Source: Clostridia bacterium
GTDB taxonomy: Bacteria; Bacillota; Clostridia; Oscillospirales; CAG-272
Direction of reading: 5' to 3'
DNA: 64,000 nt
Assembly (NCBI GenBank): GCA_017621415.1
Contig: JAGATD010000057.1
Coordinates: forward strand, 1,021-65,020
In this document: positions 38,301-47,318 of the stretch, piece by piece
Position numbering within the stretch: position 1 is the first letter of the stretch
Layout: each line of letters opens with the position of its first letter
Position numbers and translations under genes: made by a program
Notes under the pieces: model-generated
The model's input: only the letters and a program-made list of their open reading frames with translations
Databases searched by the model: none
What the model was told of the DNA's origin: nothing

Positions 38301-38876
38301 AGTATTTATAACAGCCTTGTTGTATTTGCTTCTGAAATTGGCGGTCTCTGGCAGTTCGGCACACTTCCCGGTTCGGGCAAGGGTGAGACCTATAACAACG
38401 ATTCTCTTGCAAGCGTAACCGCAACAGTTCTTCTTAACGGTTGCCAGAAGAAGGGTAACGACACTCTTCTTGCGGCATGGCAGTTCGCTCAGTGGCAGAC
38501 CAGCCGTGAGATTCAGGCTAGCTACGGTAACAGCATAGTTGCTCTTATCGGTCCTGCCGCTAAGTACGAGACAGCGAACAAGCTTGCTATAAACGACCTT
38601 TCCTGGACAGCAAGCGAGAAGGCAGCTATCTCTGAGCAGATGGCAAATATGGACGCGATAGTTAACTATCCCGGCTCGTACATTATAGCAAGATATATGA
38701 AGTTTGCATTCCTTGATGCATACAATGACGGCACTCCTCCTCAGGAGGCTATGAAGCGCTATGTTGGTGCTATCAACACAGAGCTTACACGTAAGAGAGC
38801 AGAATTCGGCGACTTCCTCTTCAATGTTGAAGACGATCTTGAAGAAGGCCAGTCTGTTCCTAAGTTAGATCAGTAA
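35304..38876 (+). CDS. Giant extracellular solute-binding protein: signal peptide + two CBM-like beta-sandwich modules + helical linker + family-1 SBP domain
   Basis: 1190 aa. Signal peptide MKKSIFMRVVAMMLTVALMLGAISVTASA with no lipobox cysteine. Two modules carry the pattern AEWRFDVDKPGFYTIEIDYY and AAYKFTVSETGLYKLGARFK (about aa 100-340 and 375-540). The C-terminal 450 aa or so are SBP-like (VSVWLAMGRDQSQIW.., IPMTMSFAMMFYRMDVL.., KTWDELIGAL). Confidence 0.8.
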   Translation: MKKSIFMRVVAMMLTVALMLGAISVTASAAGISDSIGSYKNEKGSSPTLDEMKNLMTTKTYEDYILEKLSGENDPARTQIAINTSSADKFGDNFTNEVKVSDSDEVQASIKGSSANWESFTKEDGEKSWFLPSVNPDGSAGVAEWRFDVDKPGFYTIEIDYYDCIVDADTYIDENGNFVEIKTKSSVSAIERKLRIDGVVPFDEVGSITFDKHWRYDYVTTSDPYEVPASARPFTEIGSYAEYVQIAEGEGAGYYKYVTTTKMEGDKMMQTLTTYKINQDINGNSMAPSAVAVSQWSTYTCKDPSGYSEGALKFYFSNGPHSISLEAIREPVIIKEIRLVPAEAPSIESESSGKMSYSNYIAAYDGVPTINAAPTIIEAEFPDLISDSSVTSTNDNTSAITYPISSKAQLYNVIGENSYSAMGQWAAYKFTVSETGLYKLGARFKQDTLQGMFICRAVKLAGGQYGTVPDAPFDEAYRVRFGYDEEWQSEYMGFYSYEYDSEGNKVLDDNGNPVQNKTEIELYFEKGVEYTLYFECSLGDLKDYIRRVETALDVINECYLRILKRTGAEPDKNQDYSFLDYMPEVLVKLLEQSKELTNVADELEALCGTNGSHIATLDTIARILTLMGSDGGEKIAENMANLKSYLGTLGTWINSSKSSSLMLDSIYVVPADSDENAIPNAKANFFESIWFEISSFIYSFFTDYDKMGLTEETSEGDAAVSVWLAMGRDQSQIWRSMIDATGGFTDTYGKGVALKLVTAGTLLPSILSGKGPDVYLGLSSGEVINYAIRDAIIGISGNAANLTAEQNAVFTNYYYMDANGNEIVREKALTAAEMEAQGLISVSNGYDYATREAIFAPAAMKTLRLCDVAYGIPMTMSFAMMFYRMDVLGNLGVEIPKTWDELIGALPALQASNMTIGVSYVSALDFMIYQMGESMWKYENGDEYDSRWAGAEINLDSNIALEAFERVCSFYTEHSLPVSFDTANRFRTGEMPITVGDYISIYNSLVVFASEIGGLWQFGTLPGSGKGETYNNDSLASVTATVLLNGCQKKGNDTLLAAWQFAQWQTSREIQASYGNSIVALIGPAAKYETANKLAINDLSWTASEKAAISEQMANMDAIVNYPGSYIIARYMKFAFLDAYNDGTPPQEAMKRYVGAINTELTRKRAEFGDFLFNVEDDLEEGQSVPKLDQ

Positions 38877-38888
38877 AGGAGGCCAACC

Positions 38889-39848
38889 ATGTCACAAGCA
38901 GAAACTAAAACAGTTGAGAAAAACAGACCCCTAAGACGTGACGAAATGTCTAAGCTTCAGTGGACCTGGAAGGAAATGAAGAGAAATAAGACGGCCTACT
39001 TTATGCTGTTTCCTTTCCTCATTCTCTTTATAGTATTTACAGTTCTCCCCGTTCTTCTTTCTATGTTCTTCAGTCTGACAGACTTTAATATGCTTCAGAC
39101 TCCCAACATGAAGGGCCTTGATAACTATATCAGGCTCTTCTTGGAGGACGAGATATTCATTCTTGCGATACAGAACACACTTATATTCGCGTGTATAACA
39201 GGTCCTGTATCCTACATTCTTTCGCTCTTGGTTGCTTGGTTCGTAAATGAGCTTCCCCCCAAGATCCGCGCGGTAGTTACTCTGGTATTCTACGCGCCCT
39301 CAATTTCCGGTCAGGTTTATCTGATTTGGAAAACTCTGTTCTCCTCCGACTCTTACGGTTGGGCGAACGCAACGCTTATGGACTTAGGACTTATAACGGC
39401 ACCGATACTCTGGTTTGAGGATGCGGCTTACGTTATGGCGCTTTGTATCGTGGTTGCTCTTTGGACATCCCTCGGTACAGCATTCCTCTCGTTCATCGCG
39501 GGCTTCCAGACCGTTGACCGTTCTATGTATGAGGCGGCTGCCGTTGACGGAATTAAAAACCGTTGGCAGGAGCTGTGGTATATTACACTTCCCACAATGC
39601 GTCCTCAGATGATGTTCGGTGCGGTGCTCGCTATCACAAACTCTTTCGGCTTCGGAGGTGTTGTTACCGCTCTTTGCGGATTCCCGTCGGTTGACTATGC
39701 GGCGCATACAATAATGCACCATCTTGATGACTATGGCGGACAGCGTTACGAGATCGGTTACGCTTCGGCAATAGCGGTTGTGCTCTTTATTATGATGTTT
39801 GCCTCTAACATTCTTGTTAAGAAGGCGCTCTCGAAGGTAGGTGAGTAG
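38889..39848 (+). CDS. Carbohydrate ABC transporter permease (MalF/UgpA-like), pair 1
   Basis: 319 aa, 6 TM. EAA loop YEAAAVDGIKNRWQELWYITLPTMRP. Confidence 0.9.
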   Translation: MSQAETKTVEKNRPLRRDEMSKLQWTWKEMKRNKTAYFMLFPFLILFIVFTVLPVLLSMFFSLTDFNMLQTPNMKGLDNYIRLFLEDEIFILAIQNTLIFACITGPVSYILSLLVAWFVNELPPKIRAVVTLVFYAPSISGQVYLIWKTLFSSDSYGWANATLMDLGLITAPILWFEDAAYVMALCIVVALWTSLGTAFLSFIAGFQTVDRSMYEAAAVDGIKNRWQELWYITLPTMRPQMMFGAVLAITNSFGFGGVVTALCGFPSVDYAAHTIMHHLDDYGGQRYEIGYASAIAVVLFIMMFASNILVKKALSKVGE

Positions 39849-39851
39849 TAT

Positions 39852-40727
39852 ATGGCAAAGAAACTTCGTACCAGAGGACACAGAGTTGTCCTTAACCGTT
39901 CAGCCGGTGGTGACGCAGGTATAACCTTTATGCTCACCATCCTCGGTGTTATAATGTTCTTCCCGATGTACTACGTAGTAATTCAGTCTCTCAAGCCTCT
40001 TGACGAGCTGTTTATGTTCCCCCCCAGGTTCTATGTTATCAATCCTACATTTGATAACTTCTCAGAGCTGTTTACACTTATGAGCGACTCCTGGGTACCA
40101 TTCTCGAGATACATATTTAACACTGTATTCATTACTATCTGCGGTACTTGCGGAAACCTGGTTCTTGCTTCTATGGCGGCATACTCGCTTGCTAAGCTCA
40201 GATTCCCCGGCAGAAACGCAATATTCCAGATGATAGTTATGTCACTTATGTTCCACTCTACTGTTAACCAGGTAACCCACTTCATCATCCTTTCCGCATT
40301 CGGTTGGGTTGATACCTACCTCTCGGTTATTATCCCCTCAATGGCAGGTACCATGGGTCTTTACCTTATGAAGCAGTTTATGGAGTCGTCGGTACCGGAT
40401 ACGGTTCTTGAGTCTGCGCGACTTGACGGCGCAAGCGAATTCAGGACCTTCCTTATCATAGCAATGCCTATGGTTAAGCCCGCGTGGCTGACACTTATGA
40501 TCGAGTGCTTTAAGTCCCTTTGGAACTCGGGAGCATCAATTTATATCCACTCCGAGGAGCTTAAAACCTTTAACTATGCGATTAACCAGATCGTAACAGG
40601 CGGTATTGCCCGTTCGGGCGCCGGCGCCGCAGCGATAGTAATTATGATGATAGTTCCTATCGGTGTATTCGTTCTTAACCAGAGCCAGATCATTGAGACC
40701 ATGGGCTCTTCGGGTATGAAAGACTAA
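39852..40727 (+). CDS. Carbohydrate ABC transporter permease (MalG/UgpE-like), pair 1
   Basis: 291 aa, 6 TM. EAA loop LESARLDGASEFRTFLIIAMPMVKP. 3-nt gap from the previous gene. Confidence 0.9.
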   Translation: MAKKLRTRGHRVVLNRSAGGDAGITFMLTILGVIMFFPMYYVVIQSLKPLDELFMFPPRFYVINPTFDNFSELFTLMSDSWVPFSRYIFNTVFITICGTCGNLVLASMAAYSLAKLRFPGRNAIFQMIVMSLMFHSTVNQVTHFIILSAFGWVDTYLSVIIPSMAGTMGLYLMKQFMESSVPDTVLESARLDGASEFRTFLIIAMPMVKPAWLTLMIECFKSLWNSGASIYIHSEELKTFNYAINQIVTGGIARSGAGAAAIVIMMIVPIGVFVLNQSQIIETMGSSGMKD

Positions 40728-40741
40728 TTAAGGAGGCAGCA

Positions 40742-43735
40742 ATGAAAAATAGATTAGCTAAAATATTGATTCTGTCGCTCGTTGCGTTGTTGCTTTTCGG
40801 CAGCTTCACCTCCTCAGCGTATGAGTCTTATGACACTTATACCTATTCAATAGACGGAAAGCCTCTGGCTTCTCCTCACGCATTTACTCCCGAGCCCGAT
40901 ACTTATGATTCTAAGAGTATGGGACTCCTTGACGGTAACTATTGGCATTACGACTCAACCGGTGATGCTGTTATTTGGCCTCAGAAGGAGGTCAGCGCGG
41001 GATTTGAGTTTGTGTCTCCTCTTACATACAGCATGAAAGAAGACGGCACAGGACTTCTCGTTTCCTCTTACAAGGTTGACGAATCGGTTATCGATACTAT
41101 TGTAAGCATTCGCGAAGCATTCTCTGCGGTATACGGAGATCCTAATTCTAACAGTACTGTTAAAATTACCATACCTGTTGAGGATGTGGTTTACTCCGGT
41201 AACTCCTATGTAGAGCTTGACAATCTTTTGAAGCATGTCAACAGCCTTATTTTCGAAAGGGTTAAGGCTGCAGGTGAGGGTAAAAAGGTTACCTTAGCCG
41301 CAATTGATTATGCTTCGGTTTATCAGTCTGTTTACGATCAGCTCGGTTTTATGAGCGCAAGGGTTGCTATCCCTGAGGAAGTAGACGGTATTCCTGTTGT
41401 GGGAATAGCCGACGGTGCCTTTGCGGTTCCTGCGGTTGACGAATCCTGGTCTGATGTTAAAAAGGAAGTTTGTGAAAAGCTTTATAAGGATGTACTTGCT
41501 CAGATAGTTGGAATTCAGATTCCCGAGAGTGTTAAAACAATCGGCGCTTCTGCATTTGGCGGTACAACAGGTCTTACAACCGTATATTATCTTGGCGAAA
41601 ATGTGGCAGATTGGAACAAGGTTTCCTTTGATAGAAAAACCAATGCGTATTTTGCGAGAGCAAGTGTGTATTGCTATTCCGAATCCGAAAGATTTGGCAA
41701 TCTTGCTCTTGATAAAGCAGGAACGGCAGATATCGTGTCTGACGAGGACGGAAACCTTTATATTGCCGATAAGCCCAACAACAGAATTGTAATTCTTAAG
41801 GCTAATGACCTTAAGGTTATGGGTGTTATAAGCAACTATATTGACGGAAACAATAAGGACAGAGTTCTTAATTCTCCCTCCGGTGTTTATGTAACCAATT
41901 CCAAGCTTATGGTTGACGGTTCAAGCCGCCAGATATATGTTTGCGATACAGGTAACAAGAGCATAGTTGTATTTGATGAAAACTACAATTATATCAGAAC
42001 AATAGAGCAGGCACCTATTGCGGGTATGCTTGACGAGGGTGAGTTTGAGCCCAGCGCCGTTGCGGTTGATAAGTACGGCAGAATATTTGTTGTTTCCAGA
42101 ACCTGTTACAAGGGCATTATGGTTCTTTCAAGCGATGGAACCTTCACCGGATTTATCGGTGCGCAAAAGGTTACCACCGACTTTATGGATCAGATTTGGA
42201 AGAGCTTCCAGACGCTGGAGCAGAAGCAAAACTCTATTCTTCAGCTTCCCGAGCCCTTCAATAACCTGACAGTTGATGAAAACGGATTTGTTTACGCAAC
42301 CATCAGCTTCACAAAAGCTTCAGATCAGACACAGCAGCAATTAGCTCTTAAGTCAAAGCAACCTGCTTACTCTCCTGTTAAAAAGCTTAACTCCATGGGT
42401 GTTGAGATTATGAAGCGTAACGGCTTCTTCGATCCCGGCGGAGAGGTTATTGACACACTTTCTGCACAAAAGCAGGAGGTTTCTAAGATAATCGACGTGG
42501 CTATAGGAGACGAGGGCTCTTGGACAATACTTGACAGCTCAAGGCAGAGAACCTATACATATGACAAAAACGGTAACCTTTTGTTTGCATTTGGTAACAC
42601 CGGAGACCAGCTTGGTAACAATGCGTCTTGTATAGGAATTGCATATCAGCCGGTATATAATGAAGACGAAACAAACTATGAGGACTACAAGTACAATCTT
42701 GTAATGCTTGACAGCTCGGAGGTCGGTTGTTATGTTACTGTGTATAAGCCTACCGAGTATTGCGATATGATCATGAATGCTTTGCATAATGAAAATGACC
42801 ATAAATTCAGCGATACGATTAATTACTGGCAGGACGTTCTGACCCGTAACAACAACTTTGACCTTGCCTATATCGGTATAGGAAAAGCCCTTTACCACCT
42901 TGGTGAGTACGATGAGGCTATGGAGATGCTTTCCAGCGCATACGAGACCGAGTATTATGCTCTCGCATTTGCTGAGGTTCGTAAGGAATTTATTTCCAAG
43001 TTTATGGTTCCTCTTATTGTAGCTGTTCTCGCACTTATCGTGCTGTTCTTCAAGTTCCTTGGCTATGCCAAGAAGAGAAATAAGGCAACATCGCTTAAGG
43101 TTGGTAAAAAGACCTACGGCGAAGAAATGCTTTATGTGTTCCATCTTGTGTTCCATCCCTTCGACGGCTTCTGGGACCTTAAGCATGAAAAGCGCGGATC
43201 GGTCAGAGCGGCATCAACAATTCTCGGTATTACAATTGTAGCCTTCTTCTATCAGGCTATCGGTACCGGATATATGCACAATCCTAAGGGCGACTATTCT
43301 ACCGTATTTGTTCAGATAATCGCGGTAGTGGTTCCCGTTGTTCTTTGGATTGTAGGCAACTGGTGTCTTACTACGCTCTTTGACGGTGAGGGTAGCTTTA
43401 AGGATATTTATATCGCAACCTGCTATTCACTTGCTCCTCTTCCTTTGTTTGTAGTTCTTTCTACAGTGCTTTCAAACGTACTTACTGTTACAGAGGGCTC
43501 AATCCTGACTCTTCTTGTATCTCTCGGATACGTTTGGGTAGGACTTCTTCTGTTCTTCGGTATGGTGGTAACGCACGATTACTCAACCGGTAAGAACGTT
43601 ATCACAACACTCGGTACTATAGTTGCTATGGCGGTTATTATGTTCATTATACTCCTGTTCTCCAGCCTTGTAATGAAGATGGCAACCTTCCTTATCACAC
43701 TGTTTACTGAGATATTTAACCGTATTTTTACTTAG
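40742..43735 (+). CDS. Exported LRR(BspA-like)/NHL beta-propeller/TPR protein with C-terminal Yip1-like polytopic membrane domain
   Basis: 997 aa. Signal peptide. BspA-type LRR segments (IPEEVDGIPVVGIADGAFA, IQIPESVKTIGASAFGG). Repeated NHL-like blades (GNLYIADKPNNRIVIL, QIYVCDTGNKSIVVFD, GRIFVVSRTCYKGIMVL, GFVYATI, GNLLFAFG). TPR-like helix pair (LAYIGIGKALYHLGEYDEAMEML). One TM, then 5 TM preceded by FHPFDGFWDLK. Confidence 0.75.
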   Translation: MKNRLAKILILSLVALLLFGSFTSSAYESYDTYTYSIDGKPLASPHAFTPEPDTYDSKSMGLLDGNYWHYDSTGDAVIWPQKEVSAGFEFVSPLTYSMKEDGTGLLVSSYKVDESVIDTIVSIREAFSAVYGDPNSNSTVKITIPVEDVVYSGNSYVELDNLLKHVNSLIFERVKAAGEGKKVTLAAIDYASVYQSVYDQLGFMSARVAIPEEVDGIPVVGIADGAFAVPAVDESWSDVKKEVCEKLYKDVLAQIVGIQIPESVKTIGASAFGGTTGLTTVYYLGENVADWNKVSFDRKTNAYFARASVYCYSESERFGNLALDKAGTADIVSDEDGNLYIADKPNNRIVILKANDLKVMGVISNYIDGNNKDRVLNSPSGVYVTNSKLMVDGSSRQIYVCDTGNKSIVVFDENYNYIRTIEQAPIAGMLDEGEFEPSAVAVDKYGRIFVVSRTCYKGIMVLSSDGTFTGFIGAQKVTTDFMDQIWKSFQTLEQKQNSILQLPEPFNNLTVDENGFVYATISFTKASDQTQQQLALKSKQPAYSPVKKLNSMGVEIMKRNGFFDPGGEVIDTLSAQKQEVSKIIDVAIGDEGSWTILDSSRQRTYTYDKNGNLLFAFGNTGDQLGNNASCIGIAYQPVYNEDETNYEDYKYNLVMLDSSEVGCYVTVYKPTEYCDMIMNALHNENDHKFSDTINYWQDVLTRNNNFDLAYIGIGKALYHLGEYDEAMEMLSSAYETEYYALAFAEVRKEFISKFMVPLIVAVLALIVLFFKFLGYAKKRNKATSLKVGKKTYGEEMLYVFHLVFHPFDGFWDLKHEKRGSVRAASTILGITIVAFFYQAIGTGYMHNPKGDYSTVFVQIIAVVVPVVLWIVGNWCLTTLFDGEGSFKDIYIATCYSLAPLPLFVVLSTVLSNVLTVTEGSILTLLVSLGYVWVGLLLFFGMVVTHDYSTGKNVITTLGTIVAMAVIMFIILLFSSLVMKMATFLITLFTEIFNRIFT

Positions 43736-43755
43736 TGCGGGAGGTGTAAATTACT

Positions 43756-46700
43756 ATGAAATTTAATAAAATATTGTCATCCGCACTTGTTTTGGTAATG
43801 CTTCTTTCAAGCATTATGGCGGTTATCCCCGTAAGCGCATCGGCAGCTGATAACAAGCAGGTCGTTGTGAATATGGGAGAGGTTGATCCTGCTAAAAACA
43901 GCAGCGATTACCTTGCAAAGTTTGTAAAGGAAGAATACCTCAATTACAGATATTCCACTGCTGAAGAAATGCTTAAGGAAGAGCTTGAAAAGGGTAATCT
44001 TGACTCTGTATCAGCCGGCGGGTATATCCTTTATATCAATAGATACACAGGCTTTGTATTCTATCAGAACACAAAAACCGGTCAGATACTTACAAGTAAT
44101 CCCACCGACCCCGGAACATCTGGCAGCAGCCTTGACTATTCTGTACTCAGCCAGATCGATATCGACTATAAGGACGTTTCGGATTCTTCCAGCATTGTTC
44201 CTCTGACTTATAAGAGCCTTGAGCAGCTTGAGAACGGATTTGCTCTCTCTCTGTCGCCTATCGCAACTCAGCCTGACGGCAGAGCCGGAATTTCTGTCAA
44301 GTACACCTTGGGTGAAAACGCGGCAAATTACCGTGTTCCCAAGTATATCACCGAGGCTGATTTCAGAGACCACATTGTAAATCCTATGTTTAAGAAGATT
44401 GCTGCTGCTGTAGAGCAGTATTGCGGAGATGTAAGCTTTGACAGCGACCTTAGCGATAATGATGATATCTTCTATCAGGGATATTATGACGGCGGTGTAA
44501 TAAACAGAAAGCTTAATGTTATATCTGCAAATGCCGCAGTTTATGCCAGCGCAGCAGGAAAGATCATTATTGACAAGTATGTTAAGGCTATAAACGACGT
44601 GTTCTCGGCTTACGGATACACTTCATCTGCCGCTGCATTGAAGTCAGGCAACCAGACTCTTCTTACCGAGGTTCCCGTTCTTAGAGACGGTGTGAATGTT
44701 TACAGCATCAAGAATAATAACACAACAACATACAAGCTTGCGAACAACGCGCTTGTTGATATTCTTGGTGATGATTATACCAAGGATGACGCAGCTGAGG
44801 ATTTCGCAGCTACCGGATGCCTTAAAAATGAGGATATAAACGTAGCAAGCTTCGTTGTTTCTATCAACTATACTCTTAGTCCTGATGGCGAGCTTTACTA
44901 CGAGATTCCCATGAGCGCTCCTTATTTTGTAAACAATAACCCCAACTTCTCAATTGTTTCCTTGAAGCCTCTCAGATACTTCGGCGCGGGTATTAAAACA
45001 AATGAGGGATACATCTTCTTCCCCGACGGAAGCGGAACTGTTGTAAACTTTGATAAGATCAACACTATTCAGGCAGACTACAACTCAGCAGTTTACGGAA
45101 ATGACTACGGTTATTCTTCTCTTGACCCCACCAGAGCTCACTTTGAGCAGGTAACTATGCCTGTGTTTGGTATAGTTAACGAGGTTAAAGCAAATGCTGC
45201 AACTGCGTCTCTTGAAAATGTAGAAACTATCACCAACGGCTTCTTTGCGATAGTTGAAGAGGGCTCAAGCCTTATGAACCTTTCTTTCAACGGTTCGTCG
45301 CACAAATATATATCTGCGGCAGCGGTATATAAGCCTCACCCCATGGATATCAGAGACCTTTCTGAGACTCTTTCGGCAGGCGCCAGCGGAAAGTATTTTA
45401 TCGTTTCCGAGGCTAAGTATGAGGGTAATTACAAAACCAAGATAGTAATGCTCCGTGATGAAAAGCTTGCAGGATTTGAACCCGCAGCTTATGAGCCCAC
45501 CTATGTAGGTATGGCTAACTGCTATAGGGATTATCTTTTGAACAAAGGTATTATCGGACAAAATAACAATAATACCAAAAATGATATTCCTCTTTACATA
45601 GAGGTTCTTGGAGCTATGGACGTTACTCAGAAGATTCTCTCTTTCCCTGTGGTTATGTCTACTCCTCTCACTACATTTGATAATGTTGCTACAATGTACT
45701 CCGGCTTTGCTGAGTTGGGTGTAAAGAATGTTAACTTCCGTCTTACCGGCTTTGCTAACGGCGGTATGGCTGCAACCTATCCGGTAAAGGCAAGTTGGCA
45801 GAATTCCTTGGGCGGAAAGAAGGGACTCGAGAACCTTGTTGATGAAGCCGAGGAGATTAACGCTAAGAATGACGGCTCAAACTTGGGCTTGTACCCTGAT
45901 TTTGATTTCCTTTATATCCATAATACCGCACTCTTTGACGGTGTAAGCTATAGAGGAACCGTTGCTGTCATGGTTGATAACAGATATGCATCAAAGCAGT
46001 CCTTCAACGCAGTGCTCCAGCTTTACGAATCAATATTCGCAATGGTAGTTTCTCCCGATTCCTATGACGGTCTTTACGATAAGTTTAATAAAGACTACTC
46101 GAAGTACGGCCTTACAGGTCTTTCGGTAGCAACTCTCGGTTCAGAGCTTAACTCGAACTTTGATATCGATAATTCCATCAACCGTGAGTCGGCTCTCGCT
46201 TATACAAAGAGCCTTCTCGGAAGAATTTCTGAAGAGTATTCTGTTATGACAGACATTGGTAATGTTTACGCAATGAGATATGCTGACCATGTGCTTAACG
46301 CGCCTGTCGACTCCAGCCATTACAAATATTCTTCATATACCGTTCCGTTCTACGGTATGGTATTCCACAGCTATGTTAATTACGCAGGTTCTCCCATCAA
46401 CTATTCCGGTTCTCCTGACTACAATATTCTTCGCGCTATTGAAAACGGAGCGAACCTCCAGTACATTCTTTGCTATGAAAACACTAACTATCTTAAGGCA
46501 GATGCTACTCTTTCTAAGTATTACGGTGTTGACTACAAGAACTGGAAGGATATAATCGTTAAGCAGTACAATCAGCTTAATGCAGCTATAGGCGATGTTC
46601 AGGATAACATTATAACCGATCACAGACCTCTTATAGCTGAGAGAGTTGTGGACAGATACGAAATGTATTCTAATTACTCGGTTCTTATTAACGAATTTGT

Positions 46701-47304
46701 TGAACATGCAGAAACGAAGTTTGAGGCAGAAATTTCAGCTATCGCAGCCGATCTTCGTGCAAACGGAGGATTTGAGGGTAAGACCGGTCTTTGGGTTAAT
46801 ATCGACATTAACTCTGTTGAAGCGGGAATACTTAAAGCGCTTAACATAACAACAGCACAGGCTAAATCCTATAATCTTAATACCTCTGAGCTTAAGCTCT
46901 TCGGTATTGACGGTGAGAGTCAGTCGCTTTATAACGTAATTCTCAGAGTTGCAAGACTGTTCGTAGAGAAGTTTGAGGCAGCTTATCCCGAAGATGCTAA
47001 CAGCTATAAGATCAATCTTTCTGCTGAAACGGTTGAGTACAAGTCCAAGTTCAAGTTTGAAACAACATCTTATGCTGTTGATAAGAACTATGAGACCACA
47101 TCTTACACCTGCAGCAACAACAATGTTGTTATGGTAACTTATACCGATGCTGATACAGGCGCCGCGACAATATTCTTTATCAACTTTAACACATATGATG
47201 TAAAGCTTAAGCTTGATACAGAATTCTATCCCGGAATTGAAAAGCTTGTAGATGACAAGGGTTACTTTACCGTTGAAGCAACGGATTATGTAAAAATTAA
47301 GTAA
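43756..47304 (+). CDS. Large secreted protein of unknown function (1182 aa)
   Basis: Signal peptide MKFNKILSSALVLVMLLSSIMAVIPVSASA. No lipobox, no LPXTG, no C-terminal TM. No catalytic motif I can recognise. From memory it resembles proteins annotated as DUF5696, but this is unverified. Confidence 0.7.
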   Translation: MKFNKILSSALVLVMLLSSIMAVIPVSASAADNKQVVVNMGEVDPAKNSSDYLAKFVKEEYLNYRYSTAEEMLKEELEKGNLDSVSAGGYILYINRYTGFVFYQNTKTGQILTSNPTDPGTSGSSLDYSVLSQIDIDYKDVSDSSSIVPLTYKSLEQLENGFALSLSPIATQPDGRAGISVKYTLGENAANYRVPKYITEADFRDHIVNPMFKKIAAAVEQYCGDVSFDSDLSDNDDIFYQGYYDGGVINRKLNVISANAAVYASAAGKIIIDKYVKAINDVFSAYGYTSSAAALKSGNQTLLTEVPVLRDGVNVYSIKNNNTTTYKLANNALVDILGDDYTKDDAAEDFAATGCLKNEDINVASFVVSINYTLSPDGELYYEIPMSAPYFVNNNPNFSIVSLKPLRYFGAGIKTNEGYIFFPDGSGTVVNFDKINTIQADYNSAVYGNDYGYSSLDPTRAHFEQVTMPVFGIVNEVKANAATASLENVETITNGFFAIVEEGSSLMNLSFNGSSHKYISAAAVYKPHPMDIRDLSETLSAGASGKYFIVSEAKYEGNYKTKIVMLRDEKLAGFEPAAYEPTYVGMANCYRDYLLNKGIIGQNNNNTKNDIPLYIEVLGAMDVTQKILSFPVVMSTPLTTFDNVATMYSGFAELGVKNVNFRLTGFANGGMAATYPVKASWQNSLGGKKGLENLVDEAEEINAKNDGSNLGLYPDFDFLYIHNTALFDGVSYRGTVAVMVDNRYASKQSFNAVLQLYESIFAMVVSPDSYDGLYDKFNKDYSKYGLTGLSVATLGSELNSNFDIDNSINRESALAYTKSLLGRISEEYSVMTDIGNVYAMRYADHVLNAPVDSSHYKYSSYTVPFYGMVFHSYVNYAGSPINYSGSPDYNILRAIENGANLQYILCYENTNYLKADATLSKYYGVDYKNWKDIIVKQYNQLNAAIGDVQDNIITDHRPLIAERVVDRYEMYSNYSVLINEFVEHAETKFEAEISAIAADLRANGGFEGKTGLWVNIDINSVEAGILKALNITTAQAKSYNLNTSELKLFGIDGESQSLYNVILRVARLFVEKFEAAYPEDANSYKINLSAETVEYKSKFKFETTSYAVDKNYETTSYTCSNNNVVMVTYTDADTGAATIFFINFNTYDVKLKLDTEFYPGIEKLVDDKGYFTVEATDYVKIK

Positions 47305-47318
47305 GGAGGGACGCTAAA

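Noticed and set aside
42539-43186. 215-aa minus-strand ORF inside the propeller/Yip1-like gene.
   Set aside because: It is a shadow ORF spanning a domain boundary of the + strand gene, with no RBS.
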